The notes beneath the pieces were generated by a model. That model was not told the DNA's origin, did not search any database, and worked only from the letters and a program-made list of their open reading frames with translations. Below are positions 9,643 through 20,239 of a DNA stretch of 64,000 nt, piece after piece. Origin of the DNA: Promethearchaeota archaeon (lineage in GTDB: Archaea > Asgardarchaeota > Lokiarchaeia > Sigyniarchaeales > SOKP01); assembly GCA_048938445.1 (NCBI GenBank), contig JBHLME010000003.1:15824-79823 (forward strand). The letters run 5' to 3'. The position numbers and the translations under genes are program-made. Each line of letters begins with the position of its first letter. The stretch's first letter is position 1.

Positions 9643-10653
9643 TCAGTCAGTAATCAAATCTGCTTCTAAAAGGTTTAGATAGTCATGAATTTGGTTAGCA
9701 ATTGTCGTTCCTTCACCACCTGCGAAAAGTTTTCCTATCGCATTACCCTCTATATCAAGGACTAGACTACCCGAATCACCGGGTGCACTGAAACCTTCCT
9801 TACTTATGACAATTTGATTTGTAAAGTATGCAAATCTCCAATTTCCATAGCTAATAGGACCTATTGTAGCATCAATCCCCGTAATTAAACCTCCAGTAAC
9901 ATGGCAAGATGTTCTTCCAGATTTCTGCACCAGCATGTCAAGCTCAGCTTGCTTGACTCCTTTTGGAATACCTATTCCTTCAATCCTAGAGATAACATCT
10001 TCATTATTCACTTCGATTAAGGCAGCATCTACAAGATTATATTCTGGATACTCTATAATTGCTCTTAATCTGGTTTTCCTGCCAAATAAACGAGCAAACA
10101 CGTTATAGATCCCACCCCAAAATCTAGCTGCTATGCATCGACTAGTGTCTCCTAAAAACTTAATAGGTATAAATCTTAGAAGCGTTCCTATCATGTCATT
10201 TGGGTATACACCACCATCATGGGATCCTGGCTGAAGATAAGGGTCACCAATTAGAGCATTATTTGAGTTGGCTCCAACATGATTATTAGTTCCAATGCAT
10301 AATTTTCCCTCTTTCTTGTCTCTAAGTAATTCCCCGTTCGTGCCTGCACTTATCAAGTAATGTCCTCCAGAAGTACCCATCGGACAAGGTCTATGTCGAG
10401 CGGTTTTATCTAATTGGTAAGCTCTTATAGTACCTACTTGAATTACATCAGTTCTAAAACCTTCTATAATAGATGGAATTATGTATTTCTTCTTTAATTC
10501 CTCCCTTCGAATTTTTTCTTCTACCAAGCAAATAATAGACAACTCATCGAGTTTTTCATTGTCCTGGATTTTATATCCCGTCATCACTCCAACAACATTA
10601 GGTTTCTTAAATAATTCTTTTTCATGAACTTTTTTTATTTCCTGTATACTCAT
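9643..10653 (-). CDS. Trypsin-like (S1/Nal1-type) serine protease with N-terminal prodomain
   Basis: Catalytic triad TNNHV, VDAA, GDSGS; N-domain PNVVGVMTGYK...EGFRTDVIQVG; no signal peptide. Confidence 0.88.
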   Translation of the reverse strand: MSIQEIKKVHEKELFKKPNVVGVMTGYKIQDNEKLDELSIICLVEEKIRREELKKKYIIPSIIEGFRTDVIQVGTIRAYQLDKTARHRPCPMGTSGGHYLISAGTNGELLRDKKEGKLCIGTNNHVGANSNNALIGDPYLQPGSHDGGVYPNDMIGTLLRFIPIKFLGDTSRCIAARFWGGIYNVFARLFGRKTRLRAIIEYPEYNLVDAALIEVNNEDVISRIEGIGIPKGVKQAELDMLVQKSGRTSCHVTGGLITGIDATIGPISYGNWRFAYFTNQIVISKEGFSAPGDSGSLVLDIEGNAIGKLFAGGEGTTIANQIHDYLNLLEADLITD

Positions 10654-10745
10654 ATTTTTTCTACCCTCCTTTTAATATATTATAATTTATCATTATAAAT
10701 TCAAAATATTTGAATATAATAAATACGATTTAAAAAAAAGTTGAT

Positions 10746-11837
10746 TTAAATTTGTGGTGCTATAAGTTCAGGCATGTTTTTCACATCAATTTTTCCTTTA
10801 TGGAAGATTCCCGCATAAGAAGGTTTAACATGCTGCCATGCGCCAACATTTATTATTTCTACTAGTCGGTCATTTATAATGGCATCTCTTATATCCATGT
10901 CATGCGAATGACCATATACTATATAGTTTACCATTGAAAAATCGTGATCTTCATCCTCTAGGAAGTCTTTTATACCGTCTAAATAATACTCAGGAGTTCT
11001 GGAGGATTGCCATAGATTTAAGATTCTCATTTGTAATTTCAATAATTCAAAATCAATAAATTTTAATTTTGAAAATTGAGAATTAATAACATCGGTAGAA
11101 ATCATTTTCCTGTTAATTAAATAATCTTTCATTATCCTTATCGTAATAGGACCAATTTCTTTTTTGCTTTTAATTATCTCATTCCAAAAATAATCGTAAA
11201 TTTGTTTGAGAATTATATTGTCTGAGTTGATTAATGATTTCCAATATGGACCTATAAAAAATCGGACTAAATTATTCTCAAATTGATAACCATGCATCAT
11301 CAGACATATATAACTACTATCTAAATCTAGACCATTGATTTTAATTTTTGAAATGGGTTCATTAAAAATCTGATCTCGGGAATCATATAACAGGAGCATA
11401 TCCTTATTTTTCCACTTTTTTAAAACTATATATTGACAAAATGATGTTTCATCAAATAACTTGTTAAATTTACCATCTTTAAACTTATTTAGAAATTTGT
11501 CTTTTCTACCTTTAAACTTCTGGTCATAGGTACCTGTTATAATATTACCGGTAATAGGAACCTCATGATTTCCCAGTGCAATTATTACCGCTAATTTTCT
11601 TTTGATTTCAATTAACAGTCTAAAAATTCTCTGGATTGTGCCATCTTCCAGAAGAGTTTCTGGAATATCTGTAATCAAATCGAAAAAATCTCCTAAAATT
11701 AACAGAGCTTTTAATTGATTTCCAAATTCTCCATTATTGATATCTTCAAGAAAATTTACAAATGAAACTAAATCACTTTTTATAGCACCTAAATGAACAT
11801 CTGAAACAACCAAGACTAAAGGATCGTTTTCGTACAA
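10746..11837 (-). CDS. Calcineurin-like metallophosphoesterase
   Basis: SDVHLG, GDFFD, GNHE, MHG, GHSH. Confidence 0.9.
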   Translation of the reverse strand: MYENDPLVLVVSDVHLGAIKSDLVSFVNFLEDINNGEFGNQLKALLILGDFFDLITDIPETLLEDGTIQRIFRLLIEIKRKLAVIIALGNHEVPITGNIITGTYDQKFKGRKDKFLNKFKDGKFNKLFDETSFCQYIVLKKWKNKDMLLLYDSRDQIFNEPISKIKINGLDLDSSYICLMMHGYQFENNLVRFFIGPYWKSLINSDNIILKQIYDYFWNEIIKSKKEIGPITIRIMKDYLINRKMISTDVINSQFSKLKFIDFELLKLQMRILNLWQSSRTPEYYLDGIKDFLEDEDHDFSMVNYIVYGHSHDMDIRDAIINDRLVEIINVGAWQHVKPSYAGIFHKGKIDVKNMPELIAPQI

Positions 11838-12245
11838 TTTAATACCCTCGTTAAAGTAAATATTTTACATGTGAATATAGTATTGTTAATATTTAAATTT
11901 TACACTTTTGTCAAAATATTGAATAAGGATTCAACAATACAATTTCAAGGATTTAATATAAACCATTTAACACTTCAACCTATTTCATATTTATACCATG
12001 GAATTAATTTGGTGAAGCATTTGTTAAGAAATTTGCATTTTTTTAATAAAACTTTAAAAAAAATCATTTGCGTTAGTAAATTCTATTATTAAATCTTATC
12101 AATCAATTTTTTATTTATAATAACTTCTATAATCACTTAAAAATTCTAATTACACATTTCTCATTTCTTGCATAATTTTAATTAAAACATATATTATTCT
12201 AATCATTGAAAATTTTATTAACACATCAAGAAGGTAATTGACCAT

Positions 12246-12935
12246 TTGTACGACTATTTTTTATTTGACTTAGATAATTGTTTATTACACATACCTAATC
12301 CTAGCGATTACTTTGATAATATTTTATTAAAAACTTTAAAGAAATTATCAATTAAAAGTACACTACCTAATAGAAAGGAACGAAATTCATTTTGGCTTTC
12401 TGGAGAGAACTACTTGAATTTATTAAAGAAATGGGGAATAACTGATAGTCAATATTTTTGGAAATATTTTGATGAAATTGATTTTCAATATAGAAAGCAA
12501 CTCTTTGATAATGGGGAGATATACATCTATAATGATGTTATGAAAACACTTAAAGAATTAAGAAATATGAATAAAAAAATAGGTTTAGTATCAAATACAG
12601 CAGATTATATAGTTGATTATTTCTTAGAAAAGCTAAATATCTCTCTTTTTTTTGATGAAACTTTAGGTTTAGGATTCGATAAAGACCAATCAATTGCTAA
12701 ACCATCCCCAAAAGGAATTATATTTGTATTAAATAGTTTAAATTTCAATCCTAAAAATTCGAAAGCAATCATGATAGGTGATTCACGCGTGGATATTTTC
12801 GCAGCAAAACGAGCAAATATTACTGCTTGCTTGCTTAAAAGAGATGAATATAAATACCCAAATAGAAATGACTGGGAATCATTTCCTGATTATGAAATAG
12901 ACTCCTTAAATGAGCTTTTTCGGATTCTGGATTGA
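12246..12935 (+). CDS. HAD-superfamily hydrolase (phosphoglycolate phosphatase-like)
   Basis: FDLDNCL, VSN, AKPSP, IGDSRVD. Confidence 0.92.
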   Translation: MYDYFLFDLDNCLLHIPNPSDYFDNILLKTLKKLSIKSTLPNRKERNSFWLSGENYLNLLKKWGITDSQYFWKYFDEIDFQYRKQLFDNGEIYIYNDVMKTLKELRNMNKKIGLVSNTADYIVDYFLEKLNISLFFDETLGLGFDKDQSIAKPSPKGIIFVLNSLNFNPKNSKAIMIGDSRVDIFAAKRANITACLLKRDEYKYPNRNDWESFPDYEIDSLNELFRILD

Positions 12936-13054
12936 AAGGTTTTTATTTAAAGTTCTAATTTTTGTTGATATAACTGGTATTTGACTTTAATTAAACAAAA
13001 ACTTTATTAATCTTAGACATTTTTGTAAAGAATAATGATAATAATCAACAAAAA

Positions 13055-13663
13055 ATGAAAAAACGATCTAAGATGTTAGATAAATTACATGATAAAATGG
13101 AATGCTTTTTTGGATTTTTTGGAGTCATTATCGCGGGTATATTTGTCATAACCGCTGCATTTCTCACTCCTGGGTATAATCCAATATTTAATAATGTGAG
13201 TGATTTATTAGGAGGGACTGCAAAATCATTATTCAGCATTGGATTTGTTATTGGCGGTTCTTTAGGAATCCCTTTTTATATATATCTTGAAAGAAAATTA
13301 ACTGGAATAAATGAAATTATAAGGAGAATTGCTACTGGTGTCTCAATTTTTACGTGTGTATGCATTGCTTTGGTTGCAATAGGTCCAGAGGGCGCTTATC
13401 CGGATCTTTATATGGTTTTTCATGGATTCGTAGCATTTATTTCCTTTGTAGGATCGGTTACTTATATTGGATTTTTCAGTATTTTAATGATAAGGGATGA
13501 AAATACTTATTTTCCAAAATACTATGCTTATTTTGGATTTATAATCGTTATTGTCTTAGGAATTTATTACTTAACTTTATCATTACCCTTGATTCAATGG
13601 ACATTAACCATTTTAATACTTGCATGGATTTTGTTGATAAGCACGCATTTAATTTTGCATTAA
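13055..13663 (+). CDS. DUF998-like polytopic membrane protein
   Basis: TPGYNPIFNNVSDL motif, about 5-6 TM helices, conserved His (VFHGFVA). Confidence 0.75.
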   Translation: MKKRSKMLDKLHDKMECFFGFFGVIIAGIFVITAAFLTPGYNPIFNNVSDLLGGTAKSLFSIGFVIGGSLGIPFYIYLERKLTGINEIIRRIATGVSIFTCVCIALVAIGPEGAYPDLYMVFHGFVAFISFVGSVTYIGFFSILMIRDENTYFPKYYAYFGFIIVIVLGIYYLTLSLPLIQWTLTILILAWILLISTHLILH

Positions 13664-13905
13664 CATTTTAAGAAAAATAATCAAATGATCTTGAATCTAA
13701 TGATATCCTGAATGTATGATATTATAATCCAGTATGTTGCCAATAAATTATGCAATAATCTAATATTACACGTGCCTTTTTTATAATTTTCTTTAATTTC
13801 GTCGATTATTCGCATTTTTTCATTAAATTCTTTTATTTAAATAAAATTAAATAATCTCACTGATTTTTATCCAATACCAGATATAATAATTGAAAAAAAT
13901 ATATA

Positions 13906-15624
13906 ATGAAAAACGAAGAAGAGTCTTTAAGGTTAAAAGTATGGCGGATAGTGAATTTAGTCCAATCAAATCAATTATATGTCCATTCCAAATTCTTGGA
14001 GATTAATTTTTTAAATGAAAAAGGAAAACTAACAAAAAAAATTCTCCCTGAAATATTGACTTTATGCGTTTTAAATGCAATTGTTCCAAACTCCGCAATG
14101 ATTTTAATTGGAGGTCATGGCGGTGGTAAAAGCACCATTTGTAAGTTTCTAGGGCGAATGTTTACAGGGAGCTCAATGAATGAGGTTGAGCAAGCAATAA
14201 TCCGGGGACATCCACAACTAACAGAAGAAAAATTAGTTGGGACTCTAAAACTCGGGAAGTTAATGAAAGAGGGAAAGGAAGAGGTTGTATGGAGAAAATT
14301 TATCACCTCTTTTTGGAAAATTATTGATGAGGTTAATAGGTTAACTCCTCATGCACAAGATATCCTTCTTTCTCTTCTTGCAGAGGGTACAGTTAAGTAT
14401 TATGATGAAGTTACCGCAATTAATAAATACTGTCTATTTGCTACTATTAATCCTCAAGATGTAGGAACCTTCGAATTGAGTTTTCCTTTTTTGGATAGAT
14501 TCAGTATTTCTGTCCAGATCTCAATGCCTAAAAGCCATGACCTACAATTAATACTTTCAGGTAAAGATACCAAATATTCAGGAATCGATGAACTCATTCA
14601 AGTTCCAAAGATTCTAAGTATTGAAGAATTAATGGAAATATGGTATTATGTAAATAGAATCGATTTTGCTAATGAAGTTAATAATTATATTCATGCCATC
14701 ATTAGGGAGTTCAATCTTTGTATTAGAATTGATAAGGGAAATAGTGAAAATCTTAAACCAAGCACGGGATTATGTTCTGGATGTCATTTTAACACCGATC
14801 AGAATATTTGTAATAAAATAGACTCCATTTTAAGCGTGAGAGTCGCAAAAGATCTATTAAGATATTCCAAGGCATTAGCTTGGTTACTGGGTCTCAATCA
14901 AATAGATGTTAATATTGTGAATACGATAGCACCTTATATTTTCTCTCATAGGATTGCGTATGTTCCAAGAGAATTAGAAAAGGCTCCTTATTGGGGTAAT
15001 AAATACGAATTCTCTGAAAAGATGTTAGAATTGATACAAAAAAGGTTTAAAAATAGAGAGCCTTGTTATCAAATTGTTGAAAGGTATAGAAATGGAAGTC
15101 CAAAAGAAATAGACTTAGCAGAGTTAAAAAAGTATGAAAAAAATGATTTAATCGTCAAAAACGACCTCATACCATTTGTAAAAAGGGTAAATAATAAAGA
15201 ATATTTCGAACTTGCTCAAAAAATTAAAAATGCTGGAAAAACAGGAAAAATTGAAGAATTAGCGAAAATGAGGAATAATTTAATGGAAGATTTTAAAATT
15301 CCTAACCGTTCAGATCTGATTAATTGGTGTAATCAAGAACTTTATAAACAAACGGTTACAGATTATGGAATTGAATTTCAGCACTGGAAAGAATTATGGG
15401 CGGATGTAATCACGGAATTTCCAGACTTAAATGAACCTTTCAAGGAGTTATTCAGCCAAAGACAGACTAAGCAGATACGAACTGAAGATTTATTGATTGA
15501 AGTAAATGTTACTGGAACAAATGCTAATTCATTAGTTAACATCCAAATTTCAGGTGGATCTAATGCTTTAAAATTAAGGGAAATCCTTGATAGATCAGAA
15601 TATATTCAAAAAGAATCAAAATGA
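13906..15624 (+). CDS. MoxR-like AAA+ ATPase
   Basis: Walker A GGHGGGKS, Walker B IIDEVNR, ATINP, PFLDRF, LSVR sensor; Cys cluster CSGC...C. Confidence 0.88.
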   Translation: MKNEEESLRLKVWRIVNLVQSNQLYVHSKFLEINFLNEKGKLTKKILPEILTLCVLNAIVPNSAMILIGGHGGGKSTICKFLGRMFTGSSMNEVEQAIIRGHPQLTEEKLVGTLKLGKLMKEGKEEVVWRKFITSFWKIIDEVNRLTPHAQDILLSLLAEGTVKYYDEVTAINKYCLFATINPQDVGTFELSFPFLDRFSISVQISMPKSHDLQLILSGKDTKYSGIDELIQVPKILSIEELMEIWYYVNRIDFANEVNNYIHAIIREFNLCIRIDKGNSENLKPSTGLCSGCHFNTDQNICNKIDSILSVRVAKDLLRYSKALAWLLGLNQIDVNIVNTIAPYIFSHRIAYVPRELEKAPYWGNKYEFSEKMLELIQKRFKNREPCYQIVERYRNGSPKEIDLAELKKYEKNDLIVKNDLIPFVKRVNNKEYFELAQKIKNAGKTGKIEELAKMRNNLMEDFKIPNRSDLINWCNQELYKQTVTDYGIEFQHWKELWADVITEFPDLNEPFKELFSQRQTKQIRTEDLLIEVNVTGTNANSLVNIQISGGSNALKLREILDRSEYIQKESK

Positions 15625-16172
15625 GCTTCATTTAATTTATCAATTATCATATCAAGTGCTTTATTAACATTCAATCCTGTTTTACTCGAAATTAAAAGAT
15701 AACCAAAAACTTCTTCATAAGTATCTACGATTGTTCCAAGAATTTCCGTAAATAAAGCCTTTGTTTCATCATCAACCTCATCTTCCTTGGTCCCTAGAAT
15801 TAGAAGGGGGATGTCTCCACTTTCAGATAAAATATCCATCCATTCTTCTACTTTATCCAAAGTATTAAAACGTGTCATGTCAAATAAGAAAACGGCAACG
15901 CTGGAACCATCTACAAAATCTAGTAATAATTTTCTGAACCGATCTTGTCCTCCAAAATCCCAAAATATGAGCTCATAATCCTTACCGTGATGACTCATTG
16001 TTATTTTCTTGTTAAAAAATTCTACACCCCTGGTTAATTGAGATTCATCATCAAAAGTATTATTTATTACCTTGTTTAGAAAAGAGGTTTTACCGACTCC
16101 TCCCTCTCCACAGATTACTATCTTGATATACGAACCATTGATATTGTTCATTTTCAGATCTATATGTGTCAT
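15606..16172 (-). CDS. Rab-like small GTPase
   Basis: GEGGVGKT, TRGVEF, WDFGGQDRF, TKED, SSKTG. Confidence 0.93.
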   Translation of the reverse strand: MTHIDLKMNNINGSYIKIVICGEGGVGKTSFLNKVINNTFDDESQLTRGVEFFNKKITMSHHGKDYELIFWDFGGQDRFRKLLLDFVDGSSVAVFLFDMTRFNTLDKVEEWMDILSESGDIPLLILGTKEDEVDDETKALFTEILGTIVDTYEEVFGYLLISSKTGLNVNKALDMIIDKLNEAHFDSF

Positions 16173-16347
16173 ATATGTTTTTTTAAATATATTCGTGAGA
16201 TTTATATTTAAGAATATTATACTTAGAATAAAAATGTATAAAATTAATATTTAACGGTTCTATGACCCATAGAATATCGATTCAATAAACTTTATAAGAT
16301 ATTATGATCATGAATCATCTTAGAAAGATAAATGAATAGATGTTATA

Positions 16348-18051
16348 ATGATTGAAATCGACAAAAAAAGTGAGGATAAGGTTCAAAAAAGGATAAAGGA
16401 ACTTGCTAAGCGTGCTTGGGCTAAAACTTGTAAAAATTTTTACTATCCTCCTTTAAATGAGCCTCTTTATATTTTTGATTATACTCGAAAGGAAGGTTTC
16501 TATATTGATCCTAAACATTGGCAGATAACCATGAATCTAGCCAATACGCCCCCATTTACAGAAAATAAAGAATATTTCAATTATTTTCATGCAATTACAT
16601 TACACGAGGTTTCTCATTATCAAATAATCCCCTATGATGGATTATTGAACGCTAAACTATTACGAATGGCCATAAAACATGTAAACCAAATATTTGCTCC
16701 CATAGTCGTTAATATTTTTTCAGATTTAATAATAGATACGAAATTATTTCAAGATTACCCCGATCTCATGAAATGGGAAATTGAAACCACCTATAATTAT
16801 GTTATTCAAGGAAATAAAAATCAATTGAGTAAATTTAGCATGTTCTTGTTTAAAGCTTATGAAAAAATATTTAATATTAATTTCATTGGGAGCGAACTTT
16901 ATCCCGAATTAGATCTTCTAGTCGATAAAATTATTAAAATTATTTCTAAAGATTTTGAGGATGAGACAAAATGGGAGCAAAAAGTCTCAAAAGTAGCCTA
17001 TCATTTAAGAGGATTAATTAATGAGACTTTTACTTTAATCAGTCCAGGAGTTTCGACTAGTAAGGGGAAAAGAAGAAAAAAAACTGATGAAAGTATTATT
17101 ATCGAACTTCCAGAAGACATTTTAGAATTAATGGATAATCCTTTTGAAAATAAGAATTCAGATAAATTAAACCGTGATAATATAGATGGATTAAACGTTA
17201 AAGCAGAAGAATTTGCAAAAAATGTTCCTTATTCAGAATTTGGAGCTCCTGCAAGTCAAGCAGGTATTTTAATAGATGGAAATTCTCTTGCTACTTGGTA
17301 TAGAGGTATAGCAAAAGACTTGATAAATATAAAGATATTTGAAAAAAGACCAAGTGGAAAGGTTCCAATTTATCCCGAAACATGGAGAATTGGAGATCCA
17401 ATGGAACAATTAGATGTACCCCTTTCTTTAAGTAATTATCCTGTAATGATACCAAATATTACCACTAAAAAATGGGTACTAGAAGAGGGTTCTGGGATGA
17501 TGGTTGAAAAGCAACTTCCTGACATTTTAATCGTTCTAGACTCTTCGGGCTCAATGAGATGGAATATTAAAGGAAAGACGGATAATGCCCGAGGACAATA
17601 TCACACGGCAATAATAGCTTCATTTGCTGCCTTACATCAAGCAGCAAGTAAAGGTGTAAAGTTTAGCATTATTAATTTCTCTAATCATCCTGATATTTGT
17701 CAGTGGACTAGGAATATCTATGAAGCAGAAAATACAATTTTAAGATACCAGGGAGGTGGAACTGTCCTACCAATTAAAGGAATGGTGGATCAATGCAATA
17801 AAGCTGAGAAGAAAGTTCTTGTATTATTAATTACAGATTTTGGATTATATAACTGGGAAAAATCTAAGAAGAAATTTTTAGAACTAGCCAATAAAGGCCA
17901 TTTTATCATAGGGTTTTTTATTGGCGCTCAAAAAATTCCTAAAAGTAAGTTTAAAACCTTGCTTGATAAAGTAAAATTCTATCCAATAAAAAATATTAAA
18001 AAATTAATCGATCTCGTTATAGAAAACGTTAATGAGCATTTTTCCATTTGA
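16348..18051 (+). CDS. HEXXH-motif + VWA domain protein (likely MoxR partner)
   Basis: LHEVSH with NIFSD downstream; MIDAS DSSGS, GGT, ITD. Confidence 0.85.
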   Translation: MIEIDKKSEDKVQKRIKELAKRAWAKTCKNFYYPPLNEPLYIFDYTRKEGFYIDPKHWQITMNLANTPPFTENKEYFNYFHAITLHEVSHYQIIPYDGLLNAKLLRMAIKHVNQIFAPIVVNIFSDLIIDTKLFQDYPDLMKWEIETTYNYVIQGNKNQLSKFSMFLFKAYEKIFNINFIGSELYPELDLLVDKIIKIISKDFEDETKWEQKVSKVAYHLRGLINETFTLISPGVSTSKGKRRKKTDESIIIELPEDILELMDNPFENKNSDKLNRDNIDGLNVKAEEFAKNVPYSEFGAPASQAGILIDGNSLATWYRGIAKDLINIKIFEKRPSGKVPIYPETWRIGDPMEQLDVPLSLSNYPVMIPNITTKKWVLEEGSGMMVEKQLPDILIVLDSSGSMRWNIKGKTDNARGQYHTAIIASFAALHQAASKGVKFSIINFSNHPDICQWTRNIYEAENTILRYQGGGTVLPIKGMVDQCNKAEKKVLVLLITDFGLYNWEKSKKKFLELANKGHFIIGFFIGAQKIPKSKFKTLLDKVKFYPIKNIKKLIDLVIENVNEHFSI

Positions 18052-18172
18052 TTAAGTTCTTAGATTTTTAACTATAATTTAAATTTTTTAAATTATTATT
18101 TTTAATAGGTAAAAATATTTAAAAAAAATACAGTACTCAATTTTTTATTAAAAAAAACTGAAGGATCCTTCA

Positions 18173-18535
18173 ATGCCTTTTAGTATCGACATCAATAAAG
18201 AAAAAAACAGGGTGTTATTATCTTTATCTGGGATTATTCAAAAATCTGAAGAAGAAGATATGATTAAACAAATCCAGAATGTCGATATTGAATTAAAGAG
18301 AAAATATTCTATCTTACTTGATTTAAGAGATTTTAAGATGATGGAAGATCTTCCTTATATGATTAATAAGATTAGCAAAACTTTTAAACATTTAAGATAT
18401 TCTGCCTTAATTGTTCCACATTCTTATATTGGAAATAACCAAATACAAACCTTATTAGTTAAGACTAATCATAAAGTAGAAAACCATTTTTGTGTTGATC
18501 TCAATGAAGCTAATTTATGGCTTGATTCTCTTTAA
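18173..18535 (+). CDS. SpoIIAA/STAS-like small protein
   Basis: VLLSLSGII, ILLDLRDFK and C-terminal F.DLNEANLWL pattern. Confidence 0.65.
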   Translation: MPFSIDINKEKNRVLLSLSGIIQKSEEEDMIKQIQNVDIELKRKYSILLDLRDFKMMEDLPYMINKISKTFKHLRYSALIVPHSYIGNNQIQTLLVKTNHKVENHFCVDLNEANLWLDSL

Positions 18536-18609
18536 ATATTTATATTGAATATTGTTTTGAATCCCTGATAATATACTACTAAAAAAAAAAGAATTTTTAA
18601 AAAAATATT

Positions 18610-19338
18610 TTAGGGTAAGGAGATTTCATTTGTATTCTCATCTAGGTTGATAAGACCTTTTAAAGCGAGCTGCTTGATAGTTCTAACCAGCATAATAGGA
18701 GGGATATCCAAGCTTTTTTTTAAATTGTCTAAATGAATATTTCCTTTTTCCATAATAGTTGCAATTATATCAACTTCTGAAATCTCTTCGGGAGCATGAT
18801 CATAGACAAACATTGGAAAGAAATTTTCCTGTTTTAAACGTGCTATTTGTTTCTCTAATTCTGCCATCCTCGCTTTTTGATCTCCTGATAATTGATTTTC
18901 TTTATTCTCATTATCAATTTTCTTTTGGTCAAGTTCCGCTTTTTCTGCTTCTTTTGCTGAAATCTTTTCGTTCAAACCATCGACTTTAGAAACAAGATTT
19001 TCAAGCTCAAATTGGGGTTTTTTGGAATCTGAAATGATTTTTTCGAGGTCTGCATTTAACTCTTGCATTTTTAATGTAGACTCTTCCTTCTTTGATCTTA
19101 ATCCCTCAATTTTATTATCCATTTCTTCTGATTTTGTTTTCAAGCTCGTTAATTGGCTGTTCAATACAGATATTTCATTATTTAATTCTTCATTTTCTTT
19201 TTCAAGAACTTTCATTAATTTATAAGTCTCGCTTAAACCTTTAATCAATTCATCATATTGTTTTTTCCATGCTTGATTATACGTATCAAGAACTCCTTCA
19301 AATTGTTCAATAGCTCCTAACATGTCTTTAATGACCAT
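18610..19338 (-). CDS. Long coiled-coil protein with C-terminal winged helix
   Basis: About 165 aa of heptads, then EVDIIATIMEKGNIHLDNLKKSLDIPPIMLVRTIKQLALKGLINLD. Confidence 0.75.
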   Translation of the reverse strand: MVIKDMLGAIEQFEGVLDTYNQAWKKQYDELIKGLSETYKLMKVLEKENEELNNEISVLNSQLTSLKTKSEEMDNKIEGLRSKKEESTLKMQELNADLEKIISDSKKPQFELENLVSKVDGLNEKISAKEAEKAELDQKKIDNENKENQLSGDQKARMAELEKQIARLKQENFFPMFVYDHAPEEISEVDIIATIMEKGNIHLDNLKKSLDIPPIMLVRTIKQLALKGLINLDENTNEISLP

Positions 19339-20088
19339 TTAAAATCCCACCTCCTCTTTTAATAAAACAGTTCCCGCCGCTTCATTAAATTCAATCGGTC
19401 CTCCTTCACTGACTATGTCTCGAAGGATCTGTTTTGCTTTAGCTTCAGGAAGGTCAATACCAATACAGAGTGGTTTTATTTCTGTTTGAGTCCCAGGAAT
19501 TAATGCTTTAATTAACGTTAGGTGTTGAGTTTTGATATAGTTCATTTTTATAAGAGCTTTTATTGAAGCAACCCTATGACCAAAAGAACTGAGATAATTT
19601 TCTTTTTTCTCGAGTTCTTCTCTGAGAATTGATTCAAGATTTTGTAATCTTTCAGCAAATTTTTTATCTTCCTTAATTGCTTCGTGAACTGCATCGTCTA
19701 ATTCATTTAATCTAGCTGTTCTTGTTTCCAATTCTTCTTTTTTAGTCTTAATTTTTTCATTCATGTCGGTTAATTCATTTTGAGCTGTTTGTATTTTATC
19801 AAGTAATCCTTGGCGTTCTTTGGTTAGTTCATTATTTTCTTCCTCTAATTTAGCAATATCTCTTTCATCTTGAGCAATTTTATTTTTCAGTGAATTAATC
19901 TCGTCTTTATTTGCTTCTTTTTTGTTTAAATTTGCTGTTTTTTGTTCCTCATAACTTGCAACGAGGTTTAATAGATTATTCGGTGATTCTAATATTTTTG
20001 GAATGGAATCAGTATTGATTGCTTGAAGCTCTTCAAGAACAGAAATGATCTTTTTAAGATTTGATTTTGTATCTGTTAGTTCTGACAA
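19339..20088 (-). CDS. Long coiled-coil protein with C-terminal winged-helix-like domain
   Basis: Heptad-rich region, then IKPLCIGIDLPEAKAKQILRDIVSEGGPIEFNE; GAGGT SD; stop abuts the next start (TAAATG). Confidence 0.72.
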   Translation of the reverse strand: MSELTDTKSNLKKIISVLEELQAINTDSIPKILESPNNLLNLVASYEEQKTANLNKKEANKDEINSLKNKIAQDERDIAKLEEENNELTKERQGLLDKIQTAQNELTDMNEKIKTKKEELETRTARLNELDDAVHEAIKEDKKFAERLQNLESILREELEKKENYLSSFGHRVASIKALIKMNYIKTQHLTLIKALIPGTQTEIKPLCIGIDLPEAKAKQILRDIVSEGGPIEFNEAAGTVLLKEEVGF

Positions 20089-20239
20089 TATAAATACCTC
20101 TTATATCGAAATTTTTATAAAATTAAGTATGAAATTTAAAAAAATAGTAAAATAAGTTGTATATATATCTTCTTAAAACAAATTATTTTAAAATAAGGAT
20201 ATGATTCGTTCGATTGGTAAATGATTATAAAATTAGAGA

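Noticed and set aside
11871-12092. 73-aa ORF in an intergenic region
   Set aside because: Low-complexity AT-rich translation across a divergent promoter region; no SD or motif.
18610-20088. Coiled-coil genes considered as SMC or ESCRT-III/CdvB
   Set aside because: No Walker or hinge motifs; the continuous heptads are longer than a Snf7 core, and no Vps4 is nearby.
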